DNA from: Patescibacteria group bacterium
GTDB taxonomy: Bacteria; Patescibacteriota; Minisyncoccia; Phycocordibacterales; UBA1006
Length of the DNA stretch: 51,073 nucleotides
Direction: 5' to 3'
NCBI GenBank assembly: GCA_020428645.1
Contig: JAGQMN010000003.1
Location: 1 to 51,073 of the forward strand
Position numbers and translations under genes: made by a program. The notes beneath the pieces are model-generated. The model had not been told where the DNA came from and did not search any database. It saw only the letters and a program-made list of their open reading frames with translations. This document shows positions 27,782 through 37,353 of the stretch, piece after piece. Position 1 is the first letter of the stretch. Each line of letters opens with the position of its first letter.

Positions 27782-28273
27782 CTATTGGTTATCGTAGGTT
27801 TCGGTATCTGCATTCAAGAGATCAAACGTAATGTTCGCCTCACTCAAGACTTCTTTTGAACGAGTACCTGCGTGGTAATCACGGAGCGCTACGACACGTT
27901 TAATCCCTGCATTAATAATCAATTTGGCACAGGCATAGCATGGGGTCATCTTGCAGTAGAGAGTCCCACCTTGGATCGATACCCCGTGACGTGCAGCGGC
28001 AGCAATCGCATTCTGTTCAGCGTGCGTGGTACGAATACAGTGTTGTGATTCGGTTCCATCGGGGTTGGTTACAGTGTGCATCTCGTGTCCTACGTCATCA
28101 CAGTGTGCAATACCTGAGGGAGCTCCAGCATAACCGGTTGCGAGAATACGGTTGTCTCGGGTGATCACGGAACCCGCCTGTCCACGATCACAGGTTCCAC
28201 GGCTGCCGACAACGTTCATAATTTCGACAAAGTACTCATCCCAGGTTGGTCTTGATTGTTGCTTGTTTGACAT
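27782..28273 (-). CDS. Deoxycytidylate (dCMP) deaminase, ComEB family
   Basis: RPTWDEYF, TGYAGAP, HAEQNAI, PCYACAKLII zinc motifs. Confidence 0.92.
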   Translation of the reverse strand: MSNKQQSRPTWDEYFVEIMNVVGSRGTCDRGQAGSVITRDNRILATGYAGAPSGIAHCDDVGHEMHTVTNPDGTESQHCIRTTHAEQNAIAAAARHGVSIQGGTLYCKMTPCYACAKLIINAGIKRVVALRDYHAGTRSKEVLSEANITFDLLNADTETYDNQ

Positions 28274-28335
28274 ACGATTATTATACGCAGGTGACTACAA
28301 ATTTCCCAAATGTGTGCTGTGGTATACTTGGGGAT

Positions 28336-28863
28336 ATGTTCAGCTGGTTCAAGAATCTATGTTCACACACAAAACCTGAAATTATCATGATTGCAGCCAT
28401 ACAAAAAGACCGCGGTATTGGATACCACGGTGATCTCATTCACACTATCAAGGACGATATGAAACACTTTGTCGATCAAACAACGGGTCACACGGTCATT
28501 ATGGGACGTAAAAATTGGGAAAGTATTCCAGCAAAATATCGCCCCCTCAAACATCGTCAAAATATCATTGTGAGTCGAGATACGAACTATCGTGCCGACG
28601 GTGCACTTGTTGTTACATCGATTGAAGACGCTATTAAAAAATCTGATCAAAAGAAAATCTATATCATTGGTGGTGGACAAATGTACAACCTCGGTATGGC
28701 ATACGCGGACACGCTCGATCTCACGATTATTGATGACACGAAACCTGCCGATGTATTTTTTCCTGACTTTGTATCAATGTTCAGTAATGTAGAAAAATCA
28801 GAGTGGATGTATGATGAACAAAGTCATGTACGGTATCAGTTCCAAATGTGGGAACGGAGATAA
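28336..28863 (+). CDS. folA: Dihydrofolate reductase
   Basis: IAAI...IG...L...DMKHF...T.GHTVIMGRKNWESIP..RPL..RQNII, IIGGGQMY, DVFFP. Confidence 0.95.
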   Translation: MFSWFKNLCSHTKPEIIMIAAIQKDRGIGYHGDLIHTIKDDMKHFVDQTTGHTVIMGRKNWESIPAKYRPLKHRQNIIVSRDTNYRADGALVVTSIEDAIKKSDQKKIYIIGGGQMYNLGMAYADTLDLTIIDDTKPADVFFPDFVSMFSNVEKSEWMYDEQSHVRYQFQMWERR

Positions 28864-28866
28864 GCA

Positions 28867-28890
28867 AAAAACACCGTATGGTGTTTTTTG
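28867..28890. terminator. Bidirectional terminator between convergent folA and rplK
   Basis: AAAAAACACC-GTAT-GGTGTTTTTT. Confidence 0.8.
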
Positions 28891-28892
28891 CT

Positions 28893-29315
28893 TTAACTTA
28901 CAACCTCAATACCTGCTGCGCGACATGATCCAGCGATAATTTTCTTTGCTGCATCAATATCGTGTGCATTCAAGTCAGGCATTTTGATCTCTGCAATTTC
29001 AGTTAATTGAGCGTCGGTGATCTTCCCTACTTTTTTTGTGTTTGGGTTTCCTGATCCCCCCTTTACGCCCGCGGCCTTGAAAATGAGTCCTGCAACTGGC
29101 GGTGTCTTGAGCACGAAGTCGAAACTTCGGTCTTCATAGACGTTGACCACAACCGAGAGCTTGTTACCCATTTGATCCTGGGTTGCTGCGTTGAACTGGT
29201 TAACGAATTCGCTAATGTTAATTCCTGCCTGTCCGAGCGCTGGTCCAAGTGGTGGAGCTGGGTTCGCTTTACCCGCATCAACTTGGAGTTTTAATTGTTT
29301 TACAAGTTTTGCCAT
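28893..29315 (-). CDS. rplK: 50S ribosomal protein L11
   Basis: [34 protein letters not shown]. Confidence 0.98.
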   Translation of the reverse strand: MAKLVKQLKLQVDAGKANPAPPLGPALGQAGINISEFVNQFNAATQDQMGNKLSVVVNVYEDRSFDFVLKTPPVAGLIFKAAGVKGGSGNPNTKKVGKITDAQLTEIAEIKMPDLNAHDIDAAKKIIAGSCRAAGIEVVS

Positions 29316-29336
29316 AATAAATAGTCTAGGTTAGCC

Positions 29337-29897
29337 TTACAGTTTTTTAATCTGTAGGAAGTCAAGTTCAACCGGTGTCTCACGACCGAACATGGATACG
29401 AGTAGTTTAACTTTTCCGCGTTCACTGTCAATAGCATTGATTTTTCCTTCGAATTCAGCGAATGGACCGTCAGTAATAAGCACGGTTTCATCAATGTCAT
29501 AGTCAGAATCTTGTTCAATGTGTGATGCCTTCATGCGAGAGAAAATCGCATCGATTTCTTCTTGTTTGACTGGTACGGGGTCGGTTCCCCCTGCACCAAT
29601 GAATCCTGTCACGCGCGGGGTGTTACGCACGATGTACCACGAGTCTTCGGTAACGATCATATCAACGAGTACGTACCCAGGATAAATTTTTTCTTCAACC
29701 TCAACACGTTTACCTCCTTTGATCTTAACTTTCTTTTCAACGGGAACGAGTACATCAAAAATAAGGTCTTGCACGCCAAGCGACTCAATACGCTGGCGGA
29801 GGTTACGTTCAACAGCATTCTCGTACCCAGCGTAAGTATGAATTGCGTACCATGCACGCTCTTTCTTTACGTTGTTTTTATTATTAGTATCTGCCAT
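29337..29897 (-). CDS. nusG: Transcription termination/antitermination factor NusG
   Basis: WYAIHTYAGYE, KIYPGYVLV, VRNTPRVTGF, KOW (GPFAEFEG), MFGRETPVEL. Confidence 0.98.
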   Translation of the reverse strand: MADTNNKNNVKKERAWYAIHTYAGYENAVERNLRQRIESLGVQDLIFDVLVPVEKKVKIKGGKRVEVEEKIYPGYVLVDMIVTEDSWYIVRNTPRVTGFIGAGGTDPVPVKQEEIDAIFSRMKASHIEQDSDYDIDETVLITDGPFAEFEGKINAIDSERGKVKLLVSMFGRETPVELDFLQIKKL

Positions 29898-29908
29898 ACG
29901 TTATTCAG

Positions 29909-30079
29909 TTAGATGAGTTGTTTAAGACCAAAGTTAGTAAAGATGAAGTCAAAGAGACTGAGGTAGTACGCAACAAAGAGCGAAACGATAATTACAATAA
30001 AGGTAAATATCATGGTTGTGTTTCGGTTTGGCCACACTACTTTTTTCATTTCTGCTGATACTTGTTTCAGGAATTTCAT
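29909..30079 (-). CDS. secE: Preprotein translocase subunit SecE
   Basis: EMKKVVWP followed by one TM ending in FD; directly upstream of nusG. Confidence 0.92.
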   Translation of the reverse strand: MKFLKQVSAEMKKVVWPNRNTTMIFTFIVIIVSLFVAYYLSLFDFIFTNFGLKQLI

Positions 30080-30246
30080 AATGATACACACAAAACCATT
30101 AGCGATTTTGCAATTTAAAGACCTGTTCGGGTCTTTCCCTATCAGGTCTCTATACACCAACACTCTATACCGAGGTGAAAATATGTCAATAAATATAGAA
30201 TATAATTCGTATGTAAAAAAATAACTTGTGCTATACTATCCTACGT

Positions 30247-30987
30247 ATGAGCCAAAATAAAGGATTCACATTAATAGAATTATTAGTCGTTGTTGCGGTA
30301 ATTGGTACACTAGCAACAATTATCGTTCCAAACTTGGGGGGTTCGCGTATCAAGGCAAAAGATGCTGCGATTGTTGTTGAAACAAAACAAATTATTACCC
30401 AAGTAGAACTGGCAACCAATGCAACGGGAAATTACAGCGGTGTGTGTGATTTATTTGATGAGAGTGGAAACCAGCTTGAGAAAATTAAGTTAAGTATCGA
30501 AGATAAAGGTGGTATTTGGGAAGATTGTGTAGATAGTAATGATTCATATGCAGTAACCGTTACCCTTAACGCTGCCCAAGCTCGTCATTGGATACCACAA
30601 GCTTTTGCTCAGGCGGAACTTGACGATTTCCCTCACCCATTTGATCCGCTACCACCACAGTACGATGGGGTACACAGCAGAGAAGAAGTACTCCTCTCTG
30701 ATGACGACATCAAAGAACTTCGGCGTCGAGTAAAAGACGCTGATGAGAGATTCTTTGAACCTCAATACTACTGTACTGGTGTCGTACCACCGTATGTTTC
30801 AGGTGGGAACTTTCGAACTGGATACTTGTACCAGCTCCCAACATCTGGTTGTGGTAACAAGGTTACATCGTACGATGAAGCACAGAACAGCTATTCATAC
30901 GCAACAGGCGGACTAAGTGAAGTTAGTGGGAATGAAGATAGTAATGAAGGAGGTATGGACATACAATTTCAGGCACCAATATTATAG
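30247..30987 (+). CDS. Type IV pilin-like protein
   Basis: NKG/FTLIELLVVVAVIGTLATI prepilin cleavage/methylation motif. Confidence 0.88.
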   Translation: MSQNKGFTLIELLVVVAVIGTLATIIVPNLGGSRIKAKDAAIVVETKQIITQVELATNATGNYSGVCDLFDESGNQLEKIKLSIEDKGGIWEDCVDSNDSYAVTVTLNAAQARHWIPQAFAQAELDDFPHPFDPLPPQYDGVHSREEVLLSDDDIKELRRRVKDADERFFEPQYYCTGVVPPYVSGGNFRTGYLYQLPTSGCGNKVTSYDEAQNSYSYATGGLSEVSGNEDSNEGGMDIQFQAPIL

Positions 30988-31018
30988 ACATTAAAAAAAC
31001 CCAATTTTGGGTTTTTTG

Positions 31019-31828
31019 CTACTTAATTTTATAGATAATGGTAACTGTCGAGCTAATGGTATTTTCACCAGTAGGTAATTCTAGTTCAAATGAAGTTGAC
31101 TCAGCAACTGCCATGTCGTAACCACGTGCGAGGTACGGTTCTGGGTAGTATCCACTACTACCCTCATTAAACGATACCACCTTACCAAGTTTCACACCGA
31201 GATCTTTAGCAAGTTGTTTCGCCTTTGTCTGTGCCTCAGCGATCGCCATGGCTCGCGCTTCATCTTTAAGTGCATCAGGTTCATCAATCTCAAAATTGGG
31301 ACCGTAGAGGTTCTCTACCCCGAGGTGACCAAGAAGTGTCAGTACCGCCGGCACCTGATCAAAATCACGAACTTTGAGGGACACATTTTGGCTCACATCA
31401 AAACCTACCTGTACTTGTTTTCGTTCCTGACCTGGAAAGTAGAGAGTTCCATCAATCGCAGTGTCTTGTTGCTGTTGATCAACGCGGACATATTCGTACT
31501 TTGGATACATAGTGTACGATTCTGTTTTAATATCTTTTTCATCAATACCAGCATTCCTGAGTCCTGCTAAAATGTTTGAAATTTTTTCAGAGAGTACCTC
31601 TTGGGCTGCTTCAGTTGTTTTCGTTGTTTCTTTGACAGTAAACGAGAACGTTGCAACATCTGGTGCACTAGATACCTCGGCGTTTCCTGTTACCGAAATG
31701 GTGTTTTCGTCATAGCTTTGATTGCCCTTGGTTACAAATACGGTTGCGGTAATCGCAAGAACAGAAAGTACAAGGAGAAAAAAACTTCCCGCATACATGA
31801 GTAATTTTACGTGTGTATGATTGTTCAT
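31019..31828 (-). CDS. SIMPL domain protein (DUF541)
   Basis: ISVTGNAEV...PDVA.FSF.V, IDEKDIKTE.Y..YP.Y, EAR..AIAEAQTKA..LA..LG..LG. Confidence 0.9.
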   Translation of the reverse strand: MNNHTHVKLLMYAGSFFLLVLSVLAITATVFVTKGNQSYDENTISVTGNAEVSSAPDVATFSFTVKETTKTTEAAQEVLSEKISNILAGLRNAGIDEKDIKTESYTMYPKYEYVRVDQQQQDTAIDGTLYFPGQERKQVQVGFDVSQNVSLKVRDFDQVPAVLTLLGHLGVENLYGPNFEIDEPDALKDEARAMAIAEAQTKAKQLAKDLGVKLGKVVSFNEGSSGYYPEPYLARGYDMAVAESTSFELELPTGENTISSTVTIIYKIK

Positions 31829-31873
31829 AACAGCACCAGTATACACCGCTTGAACCTAAAAAGAAAAACGCTG

Positions 31874-32572
31874 TTAACGAAAGATGTGATTGATAGTTTC
31901 TGGATCAGTAATGGTAGCTGTTCTATTGGTCACCGCACGTGGGTAGTATAATTTCAATGGATCAACAACAATTGGTGTTTCCCCAAATTTTCGGAAACTA
32001 CACTCAAAGTACATACCTGGATAATCAGCTCGTGATAATCCAGAGGTCGCCGCAGTTCCAAGACATGTATCAATACCAATAGGGACAATTGGGTGACTGC
32101 CGAGGCTAATCTCTCGAAGCATTTTTTGGTACGAGCTAAATTTTACGAGTGGTTTTTTGAGGTGACAATACATCGTATGAAAAACGTACCCGTCATCAGT
32201 AACAATATCAGGATGTGAAAGAAGCACGTAGTATCCATTCACCGCACCATATCCCGAATATTCGAGTACTCCTGGATATATTGGGTATACCTTGCGATTT
32301 CGTTTGAGATCGAGTGATACACCAACATGAAAGTATTGAGGTTCACGTGTTACCGGATGAACACGCAATCCAAAAAATCCAAAATCTCGATTAATGTACT
32401 GTTTGATCTCCCTAATCACTGGAGATCTAAAACCAATTGACCTGAGAAATGTATACACTTCAGACCAAAATGATCCGTGGGTATCAGTATCAGGAATGAG
32501 GTAGCTCGGTTCAAAATGGGGTCGGCTTGGACGTGGTCGCGTTTTTTCTACGAGGCCAGGAAAGTGGATCAT
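31874..32572 (-). CDS. M23-like peptidase domain protein (divergent)
   Basis: FG.R.HPVT...FHVGV.LD, VYPIYPG, GYYVLLSH, MYCHL. Confidence 0.6.
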   Translation of the reverse strand: MIHFPGLVEKTRPRPSRPHFEPSYLIPDTDTHGSFWSEVYTFLRSIGFRSPVIREIKQYINRDFGFFGLRVHPVTREPQYFHVGVSLDLKRNRKVYPIYPGVLEYSGYGAVNGYYVLLSHPDIVTDDGYVFHTMYCHLKKPLVKFSSYQKMLREISLGSHPIVPIGIDTCLGTAATSGLSRADYPGMYFECSFRKFGETPIVVDPLKLYYPRAVTNRTATITDPETINHIFR

Positions 32573-32599
32573 ACCATGAGTATAAGATGAACGAGAATA

Positions 32600-33610
32600 C
32601 TAGACAACAAGTACCTCAGGTTCGAGTTGGATACCAAACGTTTCCTGTACTTCGTCCATAATTTTTTGTGCAAACTGCCATACTTCGGCACCCGTTGCGT
32701 TGGCATGATTTACGAGAACAAGCGCGTGCTTGTCATAGGTGCCCACTTGCCCTTCTCGATATCCTTTGTATCCCAACGTTTCAATGAGCCATCCTGCAGA
32801 AATCTTTACCTGTTCCGGGGATACATCAAAGACTCTCATGTTTGGATATCGAGCAGTCAACGCTTGTGCATGTATGCGATCAATAATCGGGTTCTTGAAA
32901 AAGCTTCCTGCCATGCCGATTTCACCAACTTCGGGTAGTTTTGATCGGCGGATCTCCATAACCGCCTCGGCAACATCACGACTCGTCACAACTTCTCGAT
33001 TCTGAGATTCTACTGCTGTTGAGAGTGCATCGTACGAGAGCTGTGGTTGAGGAATTTTTGACAATACAAAGGTTACCCCAGTTACAAAGTAGTGCGGATG
33101 AGTTTTAAAAACACTCGTCCGGTAGCCAAACTGACATTCAGATTGAGTCAACGTGAACGCTCGTCCATTGGTGGTATCAACCACATCAACCGTATGGATA
33201 CTCGATGCGACCTCAACACCATAGGCACCAATGTTTTGTACAGGTGCTGCCCCAACGGTACCAGGAATAAGCGCAAGGTTTTCAATACCCCATAACTTTT
33301 GTTCAACGCTCCACATGACAACATCATGCCATGATTCTGCAGCTGCCACACGAACCGTTATTGATGTAGCATCATCACTGACTACCTCAATACCTTTGAT
33401 ATTGTTGTACACAACAATACCTGGATAATCTTTCGTGAAGAGAACGTTACTTCCACCACCAAGAATAAAGTGTCGTTCGGTGTGCCAGAGAGGATTCGTA
33501 ATGAGATTATGGAGATCAGAAACATTGGTAAGTTCTACGAAATACCGCGCAGTCACATCCACCTGAAATGTTGTATACGGTCTCAGTTGTTTGTTCTCTA
33601 TGATGTTCAT
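32600..33610 (-). CDS. murB: UDP-N-acetylmuramate dehydrogenase
   Basis: LGGGSNVLF, LIPGTVGAAPVQNIGAYG, FGYRTS.FK, AGSFFKNP, SAGWLIE, HALVLVN, LEPEV. Confidence 0.97.
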   Translation of the reverse strand: MNIIENKQLRPYTTFQVDVTARYFVELTNVSDLHNLITNPLWHTERHFILGGGSNVLFTKDYPGIVVYNNIKGIEVVSDDATSITVRVAAAESWHDVVMWSVEQKLWGIENLALIPGTVGAAPVQNIGAYGVEVASSIHTVDVVDTTNGRAFTLTQSECQFGYRTSVFKTHPHYFVTGVTFVLSKIPQPQLSYDALSTAVESQNREVVTSRDVAEAVMEIRRSKLPEVGEIGMAGSFFKNPIIDRIHAQALTARYPNMRVFDVSPEQVKISAGWLIETLGYKGYREGQVGTYDKHALVLVNHANATGAEVWQFAQKIMDEVQETFGIQLEPEVLVV

Positions 33611-33663
33611 AGTTTCAATTGTAACAAAGTTACCACCCAAAGAAAAAACACTGGGGTTCAGTG

Positions 33664-34335
33664 TTACTCGGTTGTTGATTCCTCAACAACGACAGGTGCA
33701 AAATTCTCGGCAAGGAAGGTATTCATATCGATTACCTCTCCGTTGTACACAAATCCTGGTGTGCCTGGAACTTCTAACGCCATTGCCTCGTCAGCATCGG
33801 TGTTTACGCGGTTCTTGACTTCATCGGAACCAAAATCATAGCGGAATCGGTCACCGTTCAAACCGAGTTCCTGCGCATAGTCCCGGAAGTATCGCTCTGG
33901 ATTAAATGATTCTGCCCATTCAGATTGTCGTTCAAACAATAGGTCATGCATTTCCCAAAACTTACCCTGGATAGCTGCAGCTTCAGCTGCCTGCGCTCCA
34001 ACCTGAGCGTTTGGATGAATTTGACGTAGTGGGAAATTGCGGTACTCGATAGCTAATCGGTCACCGTATACGTCAACGAGATCTGCTACTGCAGGAGCAG
34101 CTGCCTTACATGCAGGACACTGGAAGTCTGAGTATTCAATGAGTACAATCTCTGCATTTGGATCACCTTTAATGTGTGGACTATCGTCAAATGTTTCAAC
34201 GTCGGTAAATGAGGCTGGGTCTACCTGTTTGTTTCCCTTGGATACAACAAACGATACAACAAGAAGCAGTACTACAATGATAATTCCCCAGATCCAAATC
34301 TTTTTATTTCGGTATTTGTGTGATGTATTAGACAT
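33664..34335 (-). CDS. DsbA-family thioredoxin-fold oxidoreductase, membrane-anchored
   Basis: N-terminal TM, EYSDFQCPAC, YRNFPL..IH..A, GTP. Confidence 0.9.
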   Translation of the reverse strand: MSNTSHKYRNKKIWIWGIIIVVLLLVVSFVVSKGNKQVDPASFTDVETFDDSPHIKGDPNAEIVLIEYSDFQCPACKAAAPAVADLVDVYGDRLAIEYRNFPLRQIHPNAQVGAQAAEAAAIQGKFWEMHDLLFERQSEWAESFNPERYFRDYAQELGLNGDRFRYDFGSDEVKNRVNTDADEAMALEVPGTPGFVYNGEVIDMNTFLAENFAPVVVEESTTE

Positions 34336-34407
34336 ATACAGAAAGTTTATAGTTATTAGCTGTGAGTTGCAAGTAAACAAAAGTCAATGACTTTTGTTTA
34401 AACCTCA

Positions 34408-35583
34408 TTATTTGATGTGAAACCATCGTTTCTTGCCTACTTGAATCGTATCACCTGATTGCAACTCATGATTTTCGTCCACCTTCTCTCCATGTACCTT
34501 AATCGCGCCTTCAGTGAGTGATCGACGGATTTGTGATTTACTCTCACCTGACCCAATTGCGAGGGTTTCGATGATATCTCCTTTCAACTCAATCACTGGA
34601 ACATCAGACGGTTGATTGTCTTGTTGAACTACACTAATCCATATATCTTTTGCAAAATCAGCATCGACTTTATTATAAAATCTAGTAACAATTGCATGCG
34701 CTAGATCAAATTTGATATCGCGTGGATTTTCATCAGAATCTAGACGTTTTTGAATACCATCTAAATCAATATCAGTTAAAAGTTCAAAACCAAGCATAAT
34801 CATGTCATCAGACCAAGTCATGATTTTATTAAACATTGTAACTTGAGAATCCAAAAATGAAATCATATTTCCAGTGGTCTTGCCCATCTTCTCACCATTG
34901 GTGTCAACGAGGAGTTTCATCGGAATAACAAATTTTTCCTTTGGATTGTTTTGATTTTTCAAGAGATCACGCCCCACAAGCATATTGAAGGTTTGATCGT
35001 TTCCACCTACCTCGCCGTCCACCTGCATCGCTACTGAATCGTATCCCTGCATGAGTGGATACATAAATTCGTGGATATAGATAGGCGTCCCCGCATCGAG
35101 CCTACGGCGAAACAGATCACGATCGAGCATGCGCTGCACAGTGACCTGTGAGGCGAGATTAATGACGTCAGCAAAGTTCATTCGGTCAAGCCACTTTCCA
35201 TTATACTTGAGCTCTGCCTTATTCTTACCACTAAAATTCAAAAACAGTGAAGCCTGTTGCTTGTACAATTTGGCGTTGTCCATGACCTCTTTTTTCGTCA
35301 ATTGGTGGCGTGCTTCTTTTTTGTCTGGGTCTCCAATACGAGCGGTGAAATCTCCAATAAGGAGAATAATCTTGTGTCCGAGTTCCTGCAACTGGGCAAG
35401 TTTGATCAAGGGAATCACGTGTCCCATGTGAAGGCTAGGTCCCGTTGGATCAATACCGAGGTAGATAGTTAAACGTTCGCCTGAGGCGAGGCGAGATCTG
35501 AGAAAATCTTCATTCGGAAAAATGCGCTCGACACCACGAGTGACCACGGTTTCAATCTTGTGTGGATCAGTAGAAACAGTCAT
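34408..35583 (-). CDS. tyrS: Tyrosine--tRNA ligase
   Basis: YLGIDPTGPSLHMGH, YPLMQGYD, GGNDQTFN, KMGKT, C-terminal S4 domain (QVGKKR). Confidence 0.97.
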   Translation of the reverse strand: MTVSTDPHKIETVVTRGVERIFPNEDFLRSRLASGERLTIYLGIDPTGPSLHMGHVIPLIKLAQLQELGHKIILLIGDFTARIGDPDKKEARHQLTKKEVMDNAKLYKQQASLFLNFSGKNKAELKYNGKWLDRMNFADVINLASQVTVQRMLDRDLFRRRLDAGTPIYIHEFMYPLMQGYDSVAMQVDGEVGGNDQTFNMLVGRDLLKNQNNPKEKFVIPMKLLVDTNGEKMGKTTGNMISFLDSQVTMFNKIMTWSDDMIMLGFELLTDIDLDGIQKRLDSDENPRDIKFDLAHAIVTRFYNKVDADFAKDIWISVVQQDNQPSDVPVIELKGDIIETLAIGSGESKSQIRRSLTEGAIKVHGEKVDENHELQSGDTIQVGKKRWFHIK

Positions 35584-35655
35584 AGTTAAAGTATAACGGC
35601 AATCAATGAATATACAAGAATCTTAGAAATATAAAAACGGTACTACCTACCGTTT

Positions 35656-36927
35656 TTATAATCGCGTGGTATCTCGTCGTGCAAAAAGGTTTACCGTCCA
35701 ATCAGCCATAATTTTGAATCGCTTCTTCCACGATGCAAAGTTAAAGAGGTAGATCGTTCGCCACATAAACCAAGCAAAGACCCCTTTAAATCGAAATCCT
35801 TTCATTTGAGCAACCGCATCAAACGAACCGAGTGATGCGAGCAATCCCTTTTCATGGTACACAAATGGATAGAGTGGTTGACCTTTGAGCAATCGACTAA
35901 TATTTTTCCCCGTTGTTTGTCCCTGTTGTTTGGCAACCTGGGCAGTCATCGGCAATCCCCTGTTGTCTTCAGTTGGAAACAGTGCCATATCACCTATGAC
36001 AAATACGTTCTCGATTGATTCGGCGCGCAAGTATCGATCAGTGAGAATACGACCACGATCAACGGTAAACGTTCCGCACGAACAGGTAAGACTATTTGCG
36101 GTCACTCCAGCTGTCCACACTACCGTCTGTGCTGAAATTTCTTCCCCGGTATCGGTGACCACACCAAATGGTGTTACCTCAGTGACACGTACATTGTTAC
36201 GAAGTACAACACGACCACGCGTGAGCGCGCGTGTCGCATACTGGCGAAGGGGTAAATCAAACATACTGAGCACGTCGTCACCACTATTTACGAGGGTGAG
36301 GGTTACATCATCAATATCAAGTGATCCAAACTGATGTACAAAGGTATCAAACAACAGTTCAGATACCTCACCAGCAAGTTCAACTCCTGTTGGTCCTGCA
36401 CCAACAATCACAAATGAAAGGAGTTTCTTTCGTTCTACTGGATCGGTGGTTTGTGATGCAGTTTCAAAGGTATCAATGAATCGATTGCGTAAATGCACAG
36501 CATCATCAAGTGTCTTTAAAATGTATGCGTGCTCCTCAGCACCTGGAGTGCCAAAAAAGTGTGTCTTTGAACCGAGGCCAGCTACAAGTATATCGTAGGT
36601 AATAATGGTATCAGGAAGAACAATAGTATTCGTATTTGTATCAACTGAAATAACAGTGGATTGTATAAAGGTTACATCACGGTTAATGATATCACGAATA
36701 GGTTCAACAATACTGTGTTGATCGAGGCTTGCTCCAGCAACCTCTGGCAACAGTGGTGTAAAGAGAAAATGATTCCGTCGATCAATAACGGTGATACGGT
36801 ATTGTTTTTTAACCCAACGCGGAAGTGAGGTATAAGTATACACACCACCAAAACCCGCACCGAGAATCACAATATGAGACGGTTCTGATTTATCGGTTAT
36901 CCTATCTAATGCACGTGTATGAGTCAT
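35656..36927 (-). CDS. ndh: Type II NADH:quinone oxidoreductase (NDH-2 family)
   Basis: ILGAGFGG, FLFTPLL.EVA, IVGAGPTGVELAGE, WTAGV, FVIGD, P.TAQVA.QQG, F.Y..KG.LASLG. Confidence 0.9.
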   Translation of the reverse strand: MTHTRALDRITDKSEPSHIVILGAGFGGVYTYTSLPRWVKKQYRITVIDRRNHFLFTPLLPEVAGASLDQHSIVEPIRDIINRDVTFIQSTVISVDTNTNTIVLPDTIITYDILVAGLGSKTHFFGTPGAEEHAYILKTLDDAVHLRNRFIDTFETASQTTDPVERKKLLSFVIVGAGPTGVELAGEVSELLFDTFVHQFGSLDIDDVTLTLVNSGDDVLSMFDLPLRQYATRALTRGRVVLRNNVRVTEVTPFGVVTDTGEEISAQTVVWTAGVTANSLTCSCGTFTVDRGRILTDRYLRAESIENVFVIGDMALFPTEDNRGLPMTAQVAKQQGQTTGKNISRLLKGQPLYPFVYHEKGLLASLGSFDAVAQMKGFRFKGVFAWFMWRTIYLFNFASWKKRFKIMADWTVNLFARRDTTRL

Positions 36928-37075
36928 AGTAGCAAGTATAACGAAACGAAACTGAGGTGCAACACACAGGACTTGCCCATTTTAAAAAATAGGTTCATAA
37001 TTCGGGCAACCTAATAGCATAGGTTAATTTTATTCATTTTTTAAAACTGATACATATCTAACACACCTTACAACT

Positions 37076-37279
37076 ATGTCACTGTTTGAATTACTAGGTT
37101 TCTTATCACCACGATTTGCATACATTAACGCTTTCACTCAATACGATGAAGAAGGATACCCAATCGAAGATGATGATTGGGATGATGATGAGGACGAAGA
37201 CGATGATGATGACTTAATGGATGACGATTATGACGATGGTCTTGATATTGAGGACGATGAGGAAACTGAATGGGAGTAA
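37076..37279 (+). CDS. Small protein with a very acidic Asp/Glu tail
   Basis: 67 aa. It has its own TTGCCC-17-CATAAT promoter at about 36974-37002 and a terminator-like hairpin at about 37291-37338. Confidence 0.65.
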   Translation: MSLFELLGFLSPRFAYINAFTQYDEEGYPIEDDDWDDDEDEDDDDDLMDDDYDDGLDIEDDEETEWE

Positions 37280-37353
37280 CCTACATTAGCAAAAGACACG
37301 CAGACCCCCGATGAGAGTCGGTTATGCGTGTTTTTTGTTTTATAATGAAGCTA

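Noticed and set aside
27448-28273. dCTP-deaminase/MazG nucleotide-depletion anti-phage system
   Set aside because: The deaminase is a short ComEB-type protein without the fused kinase domain of defence dCTP deaminases, and it lies among thyA/folA/glyA. A housekeeping role is more parsimonious.
5980-35600. Attenuators upstream of metG, glyQS, argS and tyrS
   Set aside because: metG abuts the upstream gene. The others have a -10 box within about 6-8 nt of the start, and no cognate-codon uORF or leader terminator.
37140-37270. GAT/GAC trinucleotide run as a VNTR or contingency repeat
   Set aside because: The run is imperfect, with synonymous variation. It reflects the acidic protein sequence rather than a slippage tract.
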